64,000 nucleotides of DNA from Arenicellales bacterium (GTDB lineage Bacteria; Pseudomonadota; Gammaproteobacteria; Arenicellales; Poriferihabitantaceae). Location of the stretch: assembly GCA_965200715.1 (NCBI GenBank), contig OZ241374.1, positions 467,972-531,971 on the forward strand, given 5' to 3'. The first letter of the stretch is position 1. Each line of letters begins with the position of its first letter. Of this stretch, positions 52,474 through 60,892 are shown one piece after another. The notes below the pieces were generated by a model. That model was given only the letters and a program-made list of their open reading frames with translations. It was not told where the DNA came from and did no database searches. Made by a program: the position numbers and the translations under genes.

Positions 52474-52511
52474 GCGCTGCACAATAAAAACTATTATGAT
52501 GCACTGCACAA
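52473..52511 (+). promoter_or_regulatory. Two TGC-rich 12-bp direct repeats in the phasin promoter region. Candidate operator.
   Basis: TGCGCTGCACAA (52473-52484) and TGCACTGCACAA (52500-52511) match 11/12. Starts are 27 bp apart, each is followed by an A-run, and they lie 35-73 nt upstream of the phasin ATG (52546). A CATAAT -10-like hexamer sits at 52522-52527 and a GAGG RBS at 52534-52537. Confidence 0.4.
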
Positions 52512-52545
52512 AAAATATTTCCATAATGTAAACGAGGTAATTCTT

Positions 52546-52851
52546 ATGAACACAGAAAAAATAAATAAAGCTTTGGCTCCAGCCGTTGAGTTCAATCGTC
52601 TGGTCCTGAATAACATGAAAACGGTTTTCTCTATGCAGACAGAAAGTCTTAGGGCCTATGCAGAGTTGGGCTTTAAGAATCTCAATGATGGTCTTGATGT
52701 TAAGAGCGTTGAAGATCTTAAAACCTATGCCGAAAGTCAGCAATCAGTCATTAAGGAAGTAGGCGAGCAAGTGACTCGTGATCTTGAAGCGCTTGGTGAA
52801 ATGAATGCCAAATTTGTGGAAGAAGCACGCAAATTGTCAGTCAACAAATAA
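52546..52851 (+). CDS. Phasin-family (PHA granule-associated) protein
   Basis: 101 aa, all-helical. ...APAVEFNRLVLNNMKTVFSMQTESLRAYAELGFKNLNDGLDVKSVEDLKTYAESQ... resembles the gammaproteobacterial phasin (TIGR01841-type) pattern. Good RBS and a strong terminator. Confidence 0.7.
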   Translation: MNTEKINKALAPAVEFNRLVLNNMKTVFSMQTESLRAYAELGFKNLNDGLDVKSVEDLKTYAESQQSVIKEVGEQVTRDLEALGEMNAKFVEEARKLSVNK

Positions 52852-52891
52852 CATGCTTTGTTCGGACTTCGATTCGAGCACAGAAACCTGA

Positions 52892-52934
52892 AAAATCCCC
52901 GACAGTTTCTTGCAGTTGTCGGGGATTTTCTTTT
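52892..52934. terminator. Bidirectional Rho-independent terminator between the phasin gene (+) and the DMGDH-like gene (-)
   Basis: Perfect 13-bp stem AAAATCCCCGACA (52892-52904) / TGTCGGGGATTTT (52917-52929). T-runs follow on both strands (CTTTTG on +, TTTTTC on -). Confidence 0.85.
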
Positions 52935-52988
52935 GGGATGTTGGTGTACAGGTAATCGAATAGGAAATTAGTGCCAATACAAAAGGGT

Positions 52989-55433
52989 TTAAACTTTAAC
53001 TCGCGTCATGTCAGGATCATAAAATGCTCGGCGATGGAGTTTGGCTGGAATCCTTTGGGTTGCGATTTCAAGTTCATATGTGCCACAGTCAAGCCAGTCA
53101 TCTTGCACTCCATTGGGGTTGCGAACATAACCTAGACCGATTGCGCAATCCACTGTGTGTCCGTATCCGCCACTGGTTAACCAGCCAACTCGCTCTCCAT
53201 CACGATATATGGTTTCTCGGCCAATGAGGGAGATTTCTGGAGAATTGATCGAAAACCCCATTAAACGTTTGGTAAGGGGATTTGACAACTGCTTCTCAAG
53301 AGCTTGACGCCCCGTGAAATCGTAGGAGGTGCCTAGTTTTACTGCAAATCCAAGACCCGCCTCAAGGGGAGTATGATCCGGGGTCAAATCGGTTCCCCAT
53401 GCTCGATAAGCCTTCTCCAGACGCAACGTTTCAATGGCACGATAGCCTGCATCAGCGATTCCATGTGCGAATCCCGCCTCCATCAAGGTCTGGTAAATTT
53501 GAGTTGCATCCTCGCGTCGACAATGCAACTCCCAGCCAAGCTCTCCCACATAAGTTACTCGTGCCGCTAGTACTCTCCTTCCTTGTATTTGGATATGACG
53601 GACGCTGGAAAATGGAAAGTCTGCGTTTTCAAATGAACCCTCTGCTACAGTCTTTAGCACTGACCGAGACTTGGGACCCATAAGAGACAAGACTGCGAAC
53701 CGATCGCTGACATCTTCAAGATGGATCGATTCGCCGGATCGAAAATGACTCTCGATCCAATGTCGGTCATGAGTGATAAACCCGGTACCCGTCACGATGT
53801 AGAAGTGATCTGGTGCTAGGCGGGATACGGTCAGATCACACTCAATGCCGCCGCGACTGTTCAACATCTGAGTGTAGCGCAATTGCATGGGTTGGCAGTC
53901 TACGTTGGCAGCGCAGATTCGATTGAGAGCAGGACCAGCATCGGATCCACGAATTTCAAATTTTGCAAAGGAAGTCTGATCCATGATGGCCACACGCTCG
54001 CGTACAGCTCGGTGTTCCTCACTCACGTATTCAAACCAGTTGGGTCGATCAAATGAGTAGTGATCTTCCGGTATGACTCCCGAGGGCGCAAACCAGTTCG
54101 GCCTTTCCCATCCCATTTTCTCTCCGAAACAGGCACCCCTTTGTCTCAAGTTTTCATACAGCGGTGATTGTCTGGCACCCCGGGCACTATTATGTTCCTC
54201 GGAAGGCCAGGCGATGGTATAGTGCTTGCCATAAAGTTCCAGAGTTCTTGCCTGTATCCATTTACGATTGCGGTGAACAGAACCGAATCGCCGGATGTCT
54301 ACTGCCCACAAATCGTAGGGCGGCTCGTCAGCAACAATCCATTCTGCCAGTGCCTTGCCAGCACCTCCACCAGCAGCAATGCCGAATGCATTGAAGCCAG
54401 CACCGACAAAATATCCACGCACTTCAGGAGCCTCACCGAGAATAAAATTTCCATCCGGGGTAAAACTCTCCGGACCGTTGATTAGTTGCTTAATGCCAAC
54501 TTCGCCCAAGGCCGGCAATCTGGGTAAGGCAAGGGCCATCATCGGTTCAAAATGATCCCAGTCTGGGTCCAATAACGTGAAGCGAAAATCATCTGGTAAG
54601 CCGTCTTCCGCCCATGCTATGGGGTTGGGCTCGTATCCTCCCATGATGAGACCACCTACTTCTTCCTTATAATAAGTCAGTCGGTCTGGATCCCGAAGAG
54701 TAGGCAGGTTTGATGTAACTCCAGCAATGGGTTCAGTTATCAGGTATTGATGTTGAACCGAGATCAGTGGCACATTGACTCCGGCAAGTATTCCGAATTC
54801 TCTGGCCCATTGTCCGCAACAATTGACCACAATACCGACTTCGATTGTTCCCTTGGTAGTTTTCAGTCCATTCACCCTGCCTTCTTTCACATCCACTGCC
54901 GTGACAGCACAGTTCTCAACGATTTGAACTCCCCGTTCTCTTGACCCCTTGGCTAGGGCCTGAGTAATATCACTTGGATTGGTCTGACCATCGGTCGGCA
55001 AGTATGCCGCCCCGATAACATCGTCGATATTCATCAGCGGCCACAATGTCTGTGCCTCCTTGGGTGTTAGGATTTGCATATCTAAACCAAAACTATTTGC
55101 GGTTGTAGCCTGACGCTTTATCTCCATCATTCTTTCGGAATTGCACGCTAGCCGCAATCCTCCGTTCATTTTCCATCCAGCTGCTTGTCCAGTTTCCTGT
55201 TCGAGTCTTTTGTACAAATCGACGGAATGTCCCAACAGTTGGGTAATGCCGGCCTGGTTGCGTAACTGGCCTACCAAGCCTGCCGCATGCCATGTGCTAC
55301 CACTTGAAATTTCCTGACGTTCAAGCAGGATCACATCAGTAATGCCCAATCTTGCTAGGTGATAGGTTGTGGAACAGCCCATGATTCCACCTCCCACTAC
55401 GACTACGTGGGCTTTGCCCGGCAGCGAACTCAT
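52989..55433 (-). CDS. Dimethylglycine/sarcosine dehydrogenase-like flavoprotein (DAO domain plus GcvT folate-binding aminomethyltransferase domain)
   Basis: 814 aa. HVVVVGGGIMGCSTTYHLARLG FAD motif. SGSTWHAAGL (covalent-FAD His context of DMGDH/SARDH). C-terminal GcvT-type region (YVGELGWELH, GYRAIETLRLEKAYRAWG). Confidence 0.88.
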   Translation of the reverse strand: MSSLPGKAHVVVVGGGIMGCSTTYHLARLGITDVILLERQEISSGSTWHAAGLVGQLRNQAGITQLLGHSVDLYKRLEQETGQAAGWKMNGGLRLACNSERMMEIKRQATTANSFGLDMQILTPKEAQTLWPLMNIDDVIGAAYLPTDGQTNPSDITQALAKGSRERGVQIVENCAVTAVDVKEGRVNGLKTTKGTIEVGIVVNCCGQWAREFGILAGVNVPLISVQHQYLITEPIAGVTSNLPTLRDPDRLTYYKEEVGGLIMGGYEPNPIAWAEDGLPDDFRFTLLDPDWDHFEPMMALALPRLPALGEVGIKQLINGPESFTPDGNFILGEAPEVRGYFVGAGFNAFGIAAGGGAGKALAEWIVADEPPYDLWAVDIRRFGSVHRNRKWIQARTLELYGKHYTIAWPSEEHNSARGARQSPLYENLRQRGACFGEKMGWERPNWFAPSGVIPEDHYSFDRPNWFEYVSEEHRAVRERVAIMDQTSFAKFEIRGSDAGPALNRICAANVDCQPMQLRYTQMLNSRGGIECDLTVSRLAPDHFYIVTGTGFITHDRHWIESHFRSGESIHLEDVSDRFAVLSLMGPKSRSVLKTVAEGSFENADFPFSSVRHIQIQGRRVLAARVTYVGELGWELHCRREDATQIYQTLMEAGFAHGIADAGYRAIETLRLEKAYRAWGTDLTPDHTPLEAGLGFAVKLGTSYDFTGRQALEKQLSNPLTKRLMGFSINSPEISLIGRETIYRDGERVGWLTSGGYGHTVDCAIGLGYVRNPNGVQDDWLDCGTYELEIATQRIPAKLHRRAFYDPDMTRVKV

Positions 55434-56311
55434 GTCTGCAGGGCCTCGAATTCTTGCATGGCACTCTCGAACCGGTCAAGATTTTCTTCGGTGTAAGAAC
55501 GATAGTCTACATCTAAAGTGGAATGAATTTCCGAGACCATACTCCACATGCTTTCACGCAAAAGAGAAGCACACTTCATGGCACTATAGGCCATCCATAA
55601 TCGCTCATTCACTGGCTTTTCGAAATAGGATTCGAGTAACCAGTGCTCCTGATTTTCATTAAGGCCATTGTTTGAAGCCAAGCCGCCCAGGTCGAACAGT
55701 GGGCTGTTGAAACCTGCATAATCAAAATCAATTAACCAAATACGTTTCCCATCATCAAGGAAATTTGCGGCGAGCAGATCATTGTGTCCAAACACGATAT
55801 CTACAGGTCCTACCCACTCTTCAAGTTTCTTCGCCTTATCCAGTAGCTCGGGTAGTTTCTGCTTCATTCGACTACCATCAGCTTGCAGTGTGGATGCATA
55901 GTCACGAACGACATGGAATACCCAGAACATCAGTATGGGTCCTCGTAGATACCGTGGAATTTCCTGATGACAAGTTCGAAGTAGCGGCAGAATGCGTTCC
56001 AGATTGCCAGTTTCGCAAATATCTTCTTCACGAAAAGTCTTTCCCTCTATGTGTTCCAACACCATAATTCCAGGTTGGTGATAAATGATCATCGGAGATA
56101 TTCCGGCCGCATGCGCGGCTTGATTGGCTGCAAGTTCGTTGAAGCGCAGTATTCCGTGAACGGGGATATCTTCACCTGTGCGGACAAAGTATCGTCGGCC
56201 ACCGGATTCGACTACAAAATTTGCATTGGTGATGCCTCCTGAAACAGGTTTAGGTTCTACCGTCTCGTCCCAGAGGTCAAGATGCCTGATTTGATCGATA
56301 ATGTTCGTCAT
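55430..56311 (-). CDS. Choline/ethanolamine-kinase-like phosphotransferase (APH fold)
   Basis: 293 aa. VSGGITNANFVV nucleotide-loop region. Brenner/catalytic motif FGHNDLLAANFLDDGKRIWLIDFDYAGFNSPLFDLG is typical of choline kinase/LicA-like enzymes. ATGA overlap with the DMGDH-like gene. Confidence 0.8.
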   Translation of the reverse strand: MTNIIDQIRHLDLWDETVEPKPVSGGITNANFVVESGGRRYFVRTGEDIPVHGILRFNELAANQAAHAAGISPMIIYHQPGIMVLEHIEGKTFREEDICETGNLERILPLLRTCHQEIPRYLRGPILMFWVFHVVRDYASTLQADGSRMKQKLPELLDKAKKLEEWVGPVDIVFGHNDLLAANFLDDGKRIWLIDFDYAGFNSPLFDLGGLASNNGLNENQEHWLLESYFEKPVNERLWMAYSAMKCASLLRESMWSMVSEIHSTLDVDYRSYTEENLDRFESAMQEFEALQT

Positions 56312-56341
56312 GGATAATTGGTCGATGAAAGTTGGAAAAAT

Positions 56342-58348
56342 TCAGTTTTCGTCTAGTCCAAGTTTGGCCCGTCGTTTGGAAACCCACGCCTTGATAAGAC
56401 GGTCACAAATAATAGCAATGGCGGCCACCGATATACCAGCAACCAGACCGCGTCCGGTATCTGCTTTGGTTAGCGCAATATAGACTTCCTGACCGAGGTC
56501 ACGTGTACCCACTAAAGCGGTGATTACGAGCATGGACAGGGCCATCATGATGGTTTGATTGATGCCCAGCATGATTTCGGGAAGTGCTACGGGAAGTTTT
56601 ACTTTCCGCAAAATCTGCCAGCGAGTGCATCCGAAAATCTCAGCTGCTTCTATGAGTTGGGTTGGAACTTGACGGATGCCGTGATCGGTGTAACGAATGG
56701 CCGGTGCTATGGCATAAGCAATGATGGCCAGCATTGCGGCGAAATCGCCGACTCGAAAAAGCATGACTACCGGTATCAGATAGACAAAAGATGGCAGCGT
56801 TTGTAATGTATCAATACAGGCCTGAACGATGCGATGTCCTCGTTCGCTGTGTGCTGCCCAGATACCAATGGGTATGCCAATCATGGATGCAAACACAACT
56901 GATATGCCACACAAATAGACCGTTACCATACCTTTCTTCCATCCACCAGTGAATGCGATGAAAAGGGCGAGTGATGCGGTCAATAACGCCAGCTTCCAAC
57001 CGCCCAATCTATAGCCTAGTAGCATCACGAAGGCGACCACTACAATCCAGGGCGTAGCTAGCATGAATCGTTTCACCGGAATCAGGATATTCAACAGTAG
57101 AAAATTCTTGAATGCTTCAATTTGATCGAAATAGTTCACATTGATCCATTTCACCAAATCTTCCCAAAAGCCGCTGGTGGTTATGGTCCAGCTTTCTGGA
57201 TAGGTTCTGATAAACGGTAGATATGTCGAGATTATCCAAGTTCCCAGCAATAGGGCTGTTGCCATGATCAGATGGCGATGGAACCTCAATTTACCCTCAC
57301 CTTGTTTTTTTGGTTTGCGGGTTGCAAAAGACTGACTAAGGCGATCTAGTGCAACCGCCAATAGAGTGATAGCAATACCTGCTTCAAGCCCAGATCCAAT
57401 CGCTAGGCGTTTCAGTGAAGACAGCACGTCAAAACCAAGTCCCCCAGCACCAATCATAGATGCGATAATGACCATGTTAAGCGACAGCATGATGACCTGA
57501 TTGATGCCTATCATCAGGCTCGGTGAAGCCGAAGGGACCATCACTTTCCAAAGTAGTTGACGTCGGGTACAGCCGAGCATCAGGCCCGCTTCAATCGATT
57601 CGGTGGGAACTCGGGATAGAGCCAGCATGGTTACCCGGATCATCGGAGGTGTAGCATAGATCATGGTTGAAATCATGGCGGCTACCGGTCCGAATCCAAA
57701 CAGGAAGAGAACTGGAACGAGGTAGGCAAAAACCGGAGTCGTCTGCATCAAATCAAGTACCGGTTCGATAGACCGTCCGAATGTGGTAGAGCGATAAGCC
57801 AGAATTCCGATCAGCAATCCACCGATGATCCCAAGCGGTACAGCGATCAAGATCGCGCTGAGGGTTACCATGGCGCTCTCCCAGCGGCCGAAAACTGCCA
57901 GATAAGTCATGCAGGCACCCACCAGCAATGCCAATTTCCAGTTTCGCATCCAGTGTCCGAGGATGATGGCGACGCCGATCAGCGCAACCCAAGGTAAAGG
58001 GGGGATTACCGCTTCGGTTGTTGGATCACTGGAAAAAGAAAATCCTGTGACTAGAATACCGCTGGCAACCGCCAACGGCCATTCCAAAAGCCAGGCAATA
58101 GATCTTGTCATCTCCTTGAACGTGAACAATCCGAAGTCTAGGTCCTTGATCAGCCATTCCATGAAATCGCTGATCCAGAAGCGCAACGGAACAATCCAGT
58201 CTCGAGGAAAATTGACCGCCCAAGACCAGTGCTGACTAAATCCAGCAATTAGTCCTGATCCGACAATAAAGATGATCCAAATCCATATTGTCCGATAATG
58301 GTCTGACGCGTGAGGCAGAAATATCCGCATGGTCGCGCGCTTAGTCAT
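56342..58348 (-). CDS. Fused double ProW-type ABC permease (two transmembrane modules in one polypeptide)
   Basis: 668 aa with two homologous permease cores: LMQTTPVFAYLVPVLFLFGFGPVAAMISTMIYATPPMIRVTMLALSRVP and TLQTLPSFVYLIPVVMLFRVGDFAAMLAIIAYAIAPAIRYTDHGIRQVP. Confidence 0.88.
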   Translation of the reverse strand: MTKRATMRIFLPHASDHYRTIWIWIIFIVGSGLIAGFSQHWSWAVNFPRDWIVPLRFWISDFMEWLIKDLDFGLFTFKEMTRSIAWLLEWPLAVASGILVTGFSFSSDPTTEAVIPPLPWVALIGVAIILGHWMRNWKLALLVGACMTYLAVFGRWESAMVTLSAILIAVPLGIIGGLLIGILAYRSTTFGRSIEPVLDLMQTTPVFAYLVPVLFLFGFGPVAAMISTMIYATPPMIRVTMLALSRVPTESIEAGLMLGCTRRQLLWKVMVPSASPSLMIGINQVIMLSLNMVIIASMIGAGGLGFDVLSSLKRLAIGSGLEAGIAITLLAVALDRLSQSFATRKPKKQGEGKLRFHRHLIMATALLLGTWIISTYLPFIRTYPESWTITTSGFWEDLVKWINVNYFDQIEAFKNFLLLNILIPVKRFMLATPWIVVVAFVMLLGYRLGGWKLALLTASLALFIAFTGGWKKGMVTVYLCGISVVFASMIGIPIGIWAAHSERGHRIVQACIDTLQTLPSFVYLIPVVMLFRVGDFAAMLAIIAYAIAPAIRYTDHGIRQVPTQLIEAAEIFGCTRWQILRKVKLPVALPEIMLGINQTIMMALSMLVITALVGTRDLGQEVYIALTKADTGRGLVAGISVAAIAIICDRLIKAWVSKRRAKLGLDEN

Positions 58349-58475
58349 TGCTTAGGGGTGGGACAAGCTTATGGGAAATCATCCTGATAGCCGAAGTATC
58401 AAATAGCGGGCGGTAGTGCATTACAGAATGACACTCTCGGATAATCCCATGTGTCCCACACAAACCAATCAGAAC

Positions 58476-58499
58476 ATCCGGGGCCGATCGGCCCCGGAT
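58476..58499 (-). promoter_or_regulatory. Perfect 24-nt GC-rich palindrome (10-bp stem, GATC loop) between the SBP and permease genes
   Basis: ATCCGGGGCCGATCGGCCCCGGAT at 58476-58499, inside the 190-nt SBP-permease gap. There is no clean T-tract after it in the transcription direction, so an intercistronic attenuator or mRNA stabiliser is more likely than a full terminator. Confidence 0.55.
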
Positions 58500-58538
58500 A
58501 TATAAAGAAAAATCAGTATCAGTTGAGTTTGAGCGGTA

Positions 58539-59498
58539 TCAGTTGCACTGAGTCCATGTGGTCCAGATATCCTGATTGGTATTCAGCCAGTTTTCAACCA
58601 CATCTTCCACCGACTTGCCATCAAGGTCTACCTCACCGACCATAGTTCCCATAGCCTGATTGTCTATGGTGAACTTTCGGATAGCATCATAGGCACAGGT
58701 CCATTTATCCTCTCCACCTTTCCAACCCACTTTCTTAATCCATCCTCGGGGTTTTCCGCAGTCATACGCCATATTTGGATTTATTCCTACGGATTTATCA
58801 GTGTAACACTCGTCACTGTATGTGGGAAATTCCACGAATTCCCCCTCGAATTTGATCGGAGCCCAGTGTGGTGTGTAGACCCAACCGAGCCAAGGTGCCT
58901 GACGCTGATAGGCCGATTCAAGCTCTGCAAACAATGCGGCATCGGTACCGGCATGGACAACTTCGTAGTTTAGACTGAGAGCCTCAACTCTTTCATCGTC
59001 GTATCCGCCCCAGGTCACAGGACCACCTAGATACCTTCCACTTGGTGCTGTTTCAGCTGTAGAGAAAACCTCAGCACAGTCATTCAATGCTGTCCAGTCC
59101 GGTAATCCTGGACATTTTTCCTTCATGTAAATCGGATACCACCATTCCTCAATGGCTCGCATACCGGTTTCTCCGAGGTCGATGGTGTTTCCGGTTGCAA
59201 GACTTTTTTCCATGGCATCCTTTCCGGTAGTTTCCCACATTTCCATAGCGACATGAAGGTCGCCAGATTCAAGCCCTGCAAATTGGGCTAAATAGTCGGC
59301 TTGCTGGTATTTAACGTTATAACCCATCTCTTGCAATACTCTGCCCATGATGGTGGTGGTAATGTATTGTCCAGTCCAGTCATGTAAAGTGAGAATGATC
59401 GGGTCGGTCGATTCCACATCGGCCTGAGTTGCTGTGCCAACAAGCATGGCGGCACCGGCAACCAGCGAAATAAAATAACGGTTATGGGTTTTTGGCAT
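58539..59498 (-). CDS. OpuAC-family (betaine/choline type) periplasmic substrate-binding protein
   Basis: 319 aa. Signal peptide (FISLVAGAAMLVGTATQA). Trp-rich OpuAC-like body (HDWTGQ, MEMWE, EEWWYP, VTWGGY, PWLGWVYTPHW). Confidence 0.82.
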   Translation of the reverse strand: MPKTHNRYFISLVAGAAMLVGTATQADVESTDPIILTLHDWTGQYITTTIMGRVLQEMGYNVKYQQADYLAQFAGLESGDLHVAMEMWETTGKDAMEKSLATGNTIDLGETGMRAIEEWWYPIYMKEKCPGLPDWTALNDCAEVFSTAETAPSGRYLGGPVTWGGYDDERVEALSLNYEVVHAGTDAALFAELESAYQRQAPWLGWVYTPHWAPIKFEGEFVEFPTYSDECYTDKSVGINPNMAYDCGKPRGWIKKVGWKGGEDKWTCAYDAIRKFTIDNQAMGTMVGEVDLDGKSVEDVVENWLNTNQDIWTTWTQCN

Positions 59499-59590
59499 GA
59501 TTTAGCTCCTTCGTATACAAATGTTTAATCAAAATCAGTTCGGCTTACATGCTTATGTTCGCATGTTCTTATGGTAAATGTAACGCTATT

Positions 59591-59640
59591 TTCCACATAA
59601 TTCCATAAAAAAATCAAAAATCCATTATTATTTGTGGGAA
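59591..59640. promoter_or_regulatory. Three copies of a TTCC(C)ACA-type 10-mer (two tandem direct, one inverted) in the DeoR/SBP divergent promoter region
   Basis: TTCCACATAA (59591-59600) and TTCCATAAAA (59601-59610), with the inverted copy TTTGTGGGAA (59631-59640, reverse complement TTCCCACAAA). Confidence 0.35.
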
Positions 59641-59731
59641 TATATTGAGATTTTATTGCCAGTTGGTTTTGACGTATAGATTGTGAGTCAATGAAGAATC
59701 GGGTAAGTGATCCATTAGAGGGAGCAAATAA

Positions 59732-60496
59732 ATGAAGCCCTTATCAAGGCATGAGGCAGAGATATTCCGTTTAGCGACTCTTCGGGGATCATGTTCCATC
59801 TCAGAGCTTGCGGAACGACTCGGAGTTTCCGATGAAACAGTGCGTCGGCACATTCGTCCCTTGGTGGACCGTGGTCAGGTAGAGAAAGTTCATGGTGGAA
59901 TTGTTCTTCCTGATCGTCTACGAGAAGCCCCCATGGAGCGACGTATGAGGGAAAACCGTGCCGCGAAACAGGGAATTGCCAAGGCGGTTTCTGAAATGAT
60001 CGATGACGGGGATACATTGATGATGGATACGGGTTCAACCACCGCTTATGTGGCTGTGGCGCTGTCTGGAAAGCAAGGTCTTCATGTTGTCACCAATTCA
60101 ACCGAAATTGGGCGTATTTTGGCACGTCAGGGTACCAACAAGGTTTATCTAGTTGGTGGCGAGATGGGTAGTGATCAATTGGCCACCTTTGGCCCACAGG
60201 CGATTGAGTTTGTCCGCCGTTTCAATGTTCGCCATGCCATTCTATCCATTGGTGGTATTAATGCTGAAAACGAACTGTTGAATTTCGATCTAGACGAAGC
60301 GGAATTTTCTCGTGCGGTGATACAACAGGCGGGCTCAGTGAATATCGTGGCTGATTACACTAAATTCAGTCGTCATGCTCTGGTTAAAGTCTGCGATGTT
60401 GCGGATATTGATACTTTCATAACCGATCGGTTGCCCCCCGAACCTTTTCGTGGATTGCTTGCAAAAAAAGACACAAATCTTGTGATCGCAGGTTGA
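59732..60496 (+). CDS. DeoR-family transcriptional regulator
   Basis: N-terminal HTH (SISELAERLGVSDETVRRHIRPL) plus a C-terminal DeoR sugar-phosphate-isomerase-like sensor domain (MMDTGSTT, ILSIGGI). 254 aa. Confidence 0.9.
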   Translation: MKPLSRHEAEIFRLATLRGSCSISELAERLGVSDETVRRHIRPLVDRGQVEKVHGGIVLPDRLREAPMERRMRENRAAKQGIAKAVSEMIDDGDTLMMDTGSTTAYVAVALSGKQGLHVVTNSTEIGRILARQGTNKVYLVGGEMGSDQLATFGPQAIEFVRRFNVRHAILSIGGINAENELLNFDLDEAEFSRAVIQQAGSVNIVADYTKFSRHALVKVCDVADIDTFITDRLPPEPFRGLLAKKDTNLVIAG

Positions 60497-60892
60497 CTTC
60501 ATCGTTTCTACTTGGCCTGACAAGAGCCGTTGTCTATACAAAACTCTACTTATGATATCGATACAGCCAGCGAACTCTCGGCCAGAGTTTTGGCAAATTT
60601 CAAGGTTTTGATTCAAGGCTAGTTTTCTGGTTTAGACTGGTCGGTTATGTCCACCTAGTTAATGGTTATTAGCATTCACATCAGGCATTTCACGACTTAA
60701 TAATATCTCGGAAAGTGATCCAACTTCAAATTCTCAACCTCGATTATTCTCTTTGCAATACGGTAAAATTCAATATACTGGTATTAAAAAACTGCCACCC
60801 GTATAAAGGCGGGATTCAAACTACGACTGTATATTACCGTAATCACCTGATTAGGCTTGTTAGAAAATCGCTGACCAGAACGGACAACTGAG

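Noticed and set aside
60497-60892. 396-bp intergenic region between DeoR and the Pcm-like gene, checked for an RNA gene or small ORF.
   Set aside because: It has only weak 4-5-bp hairpins, no terminator, no conserved RNA core motif and no ORF of note.
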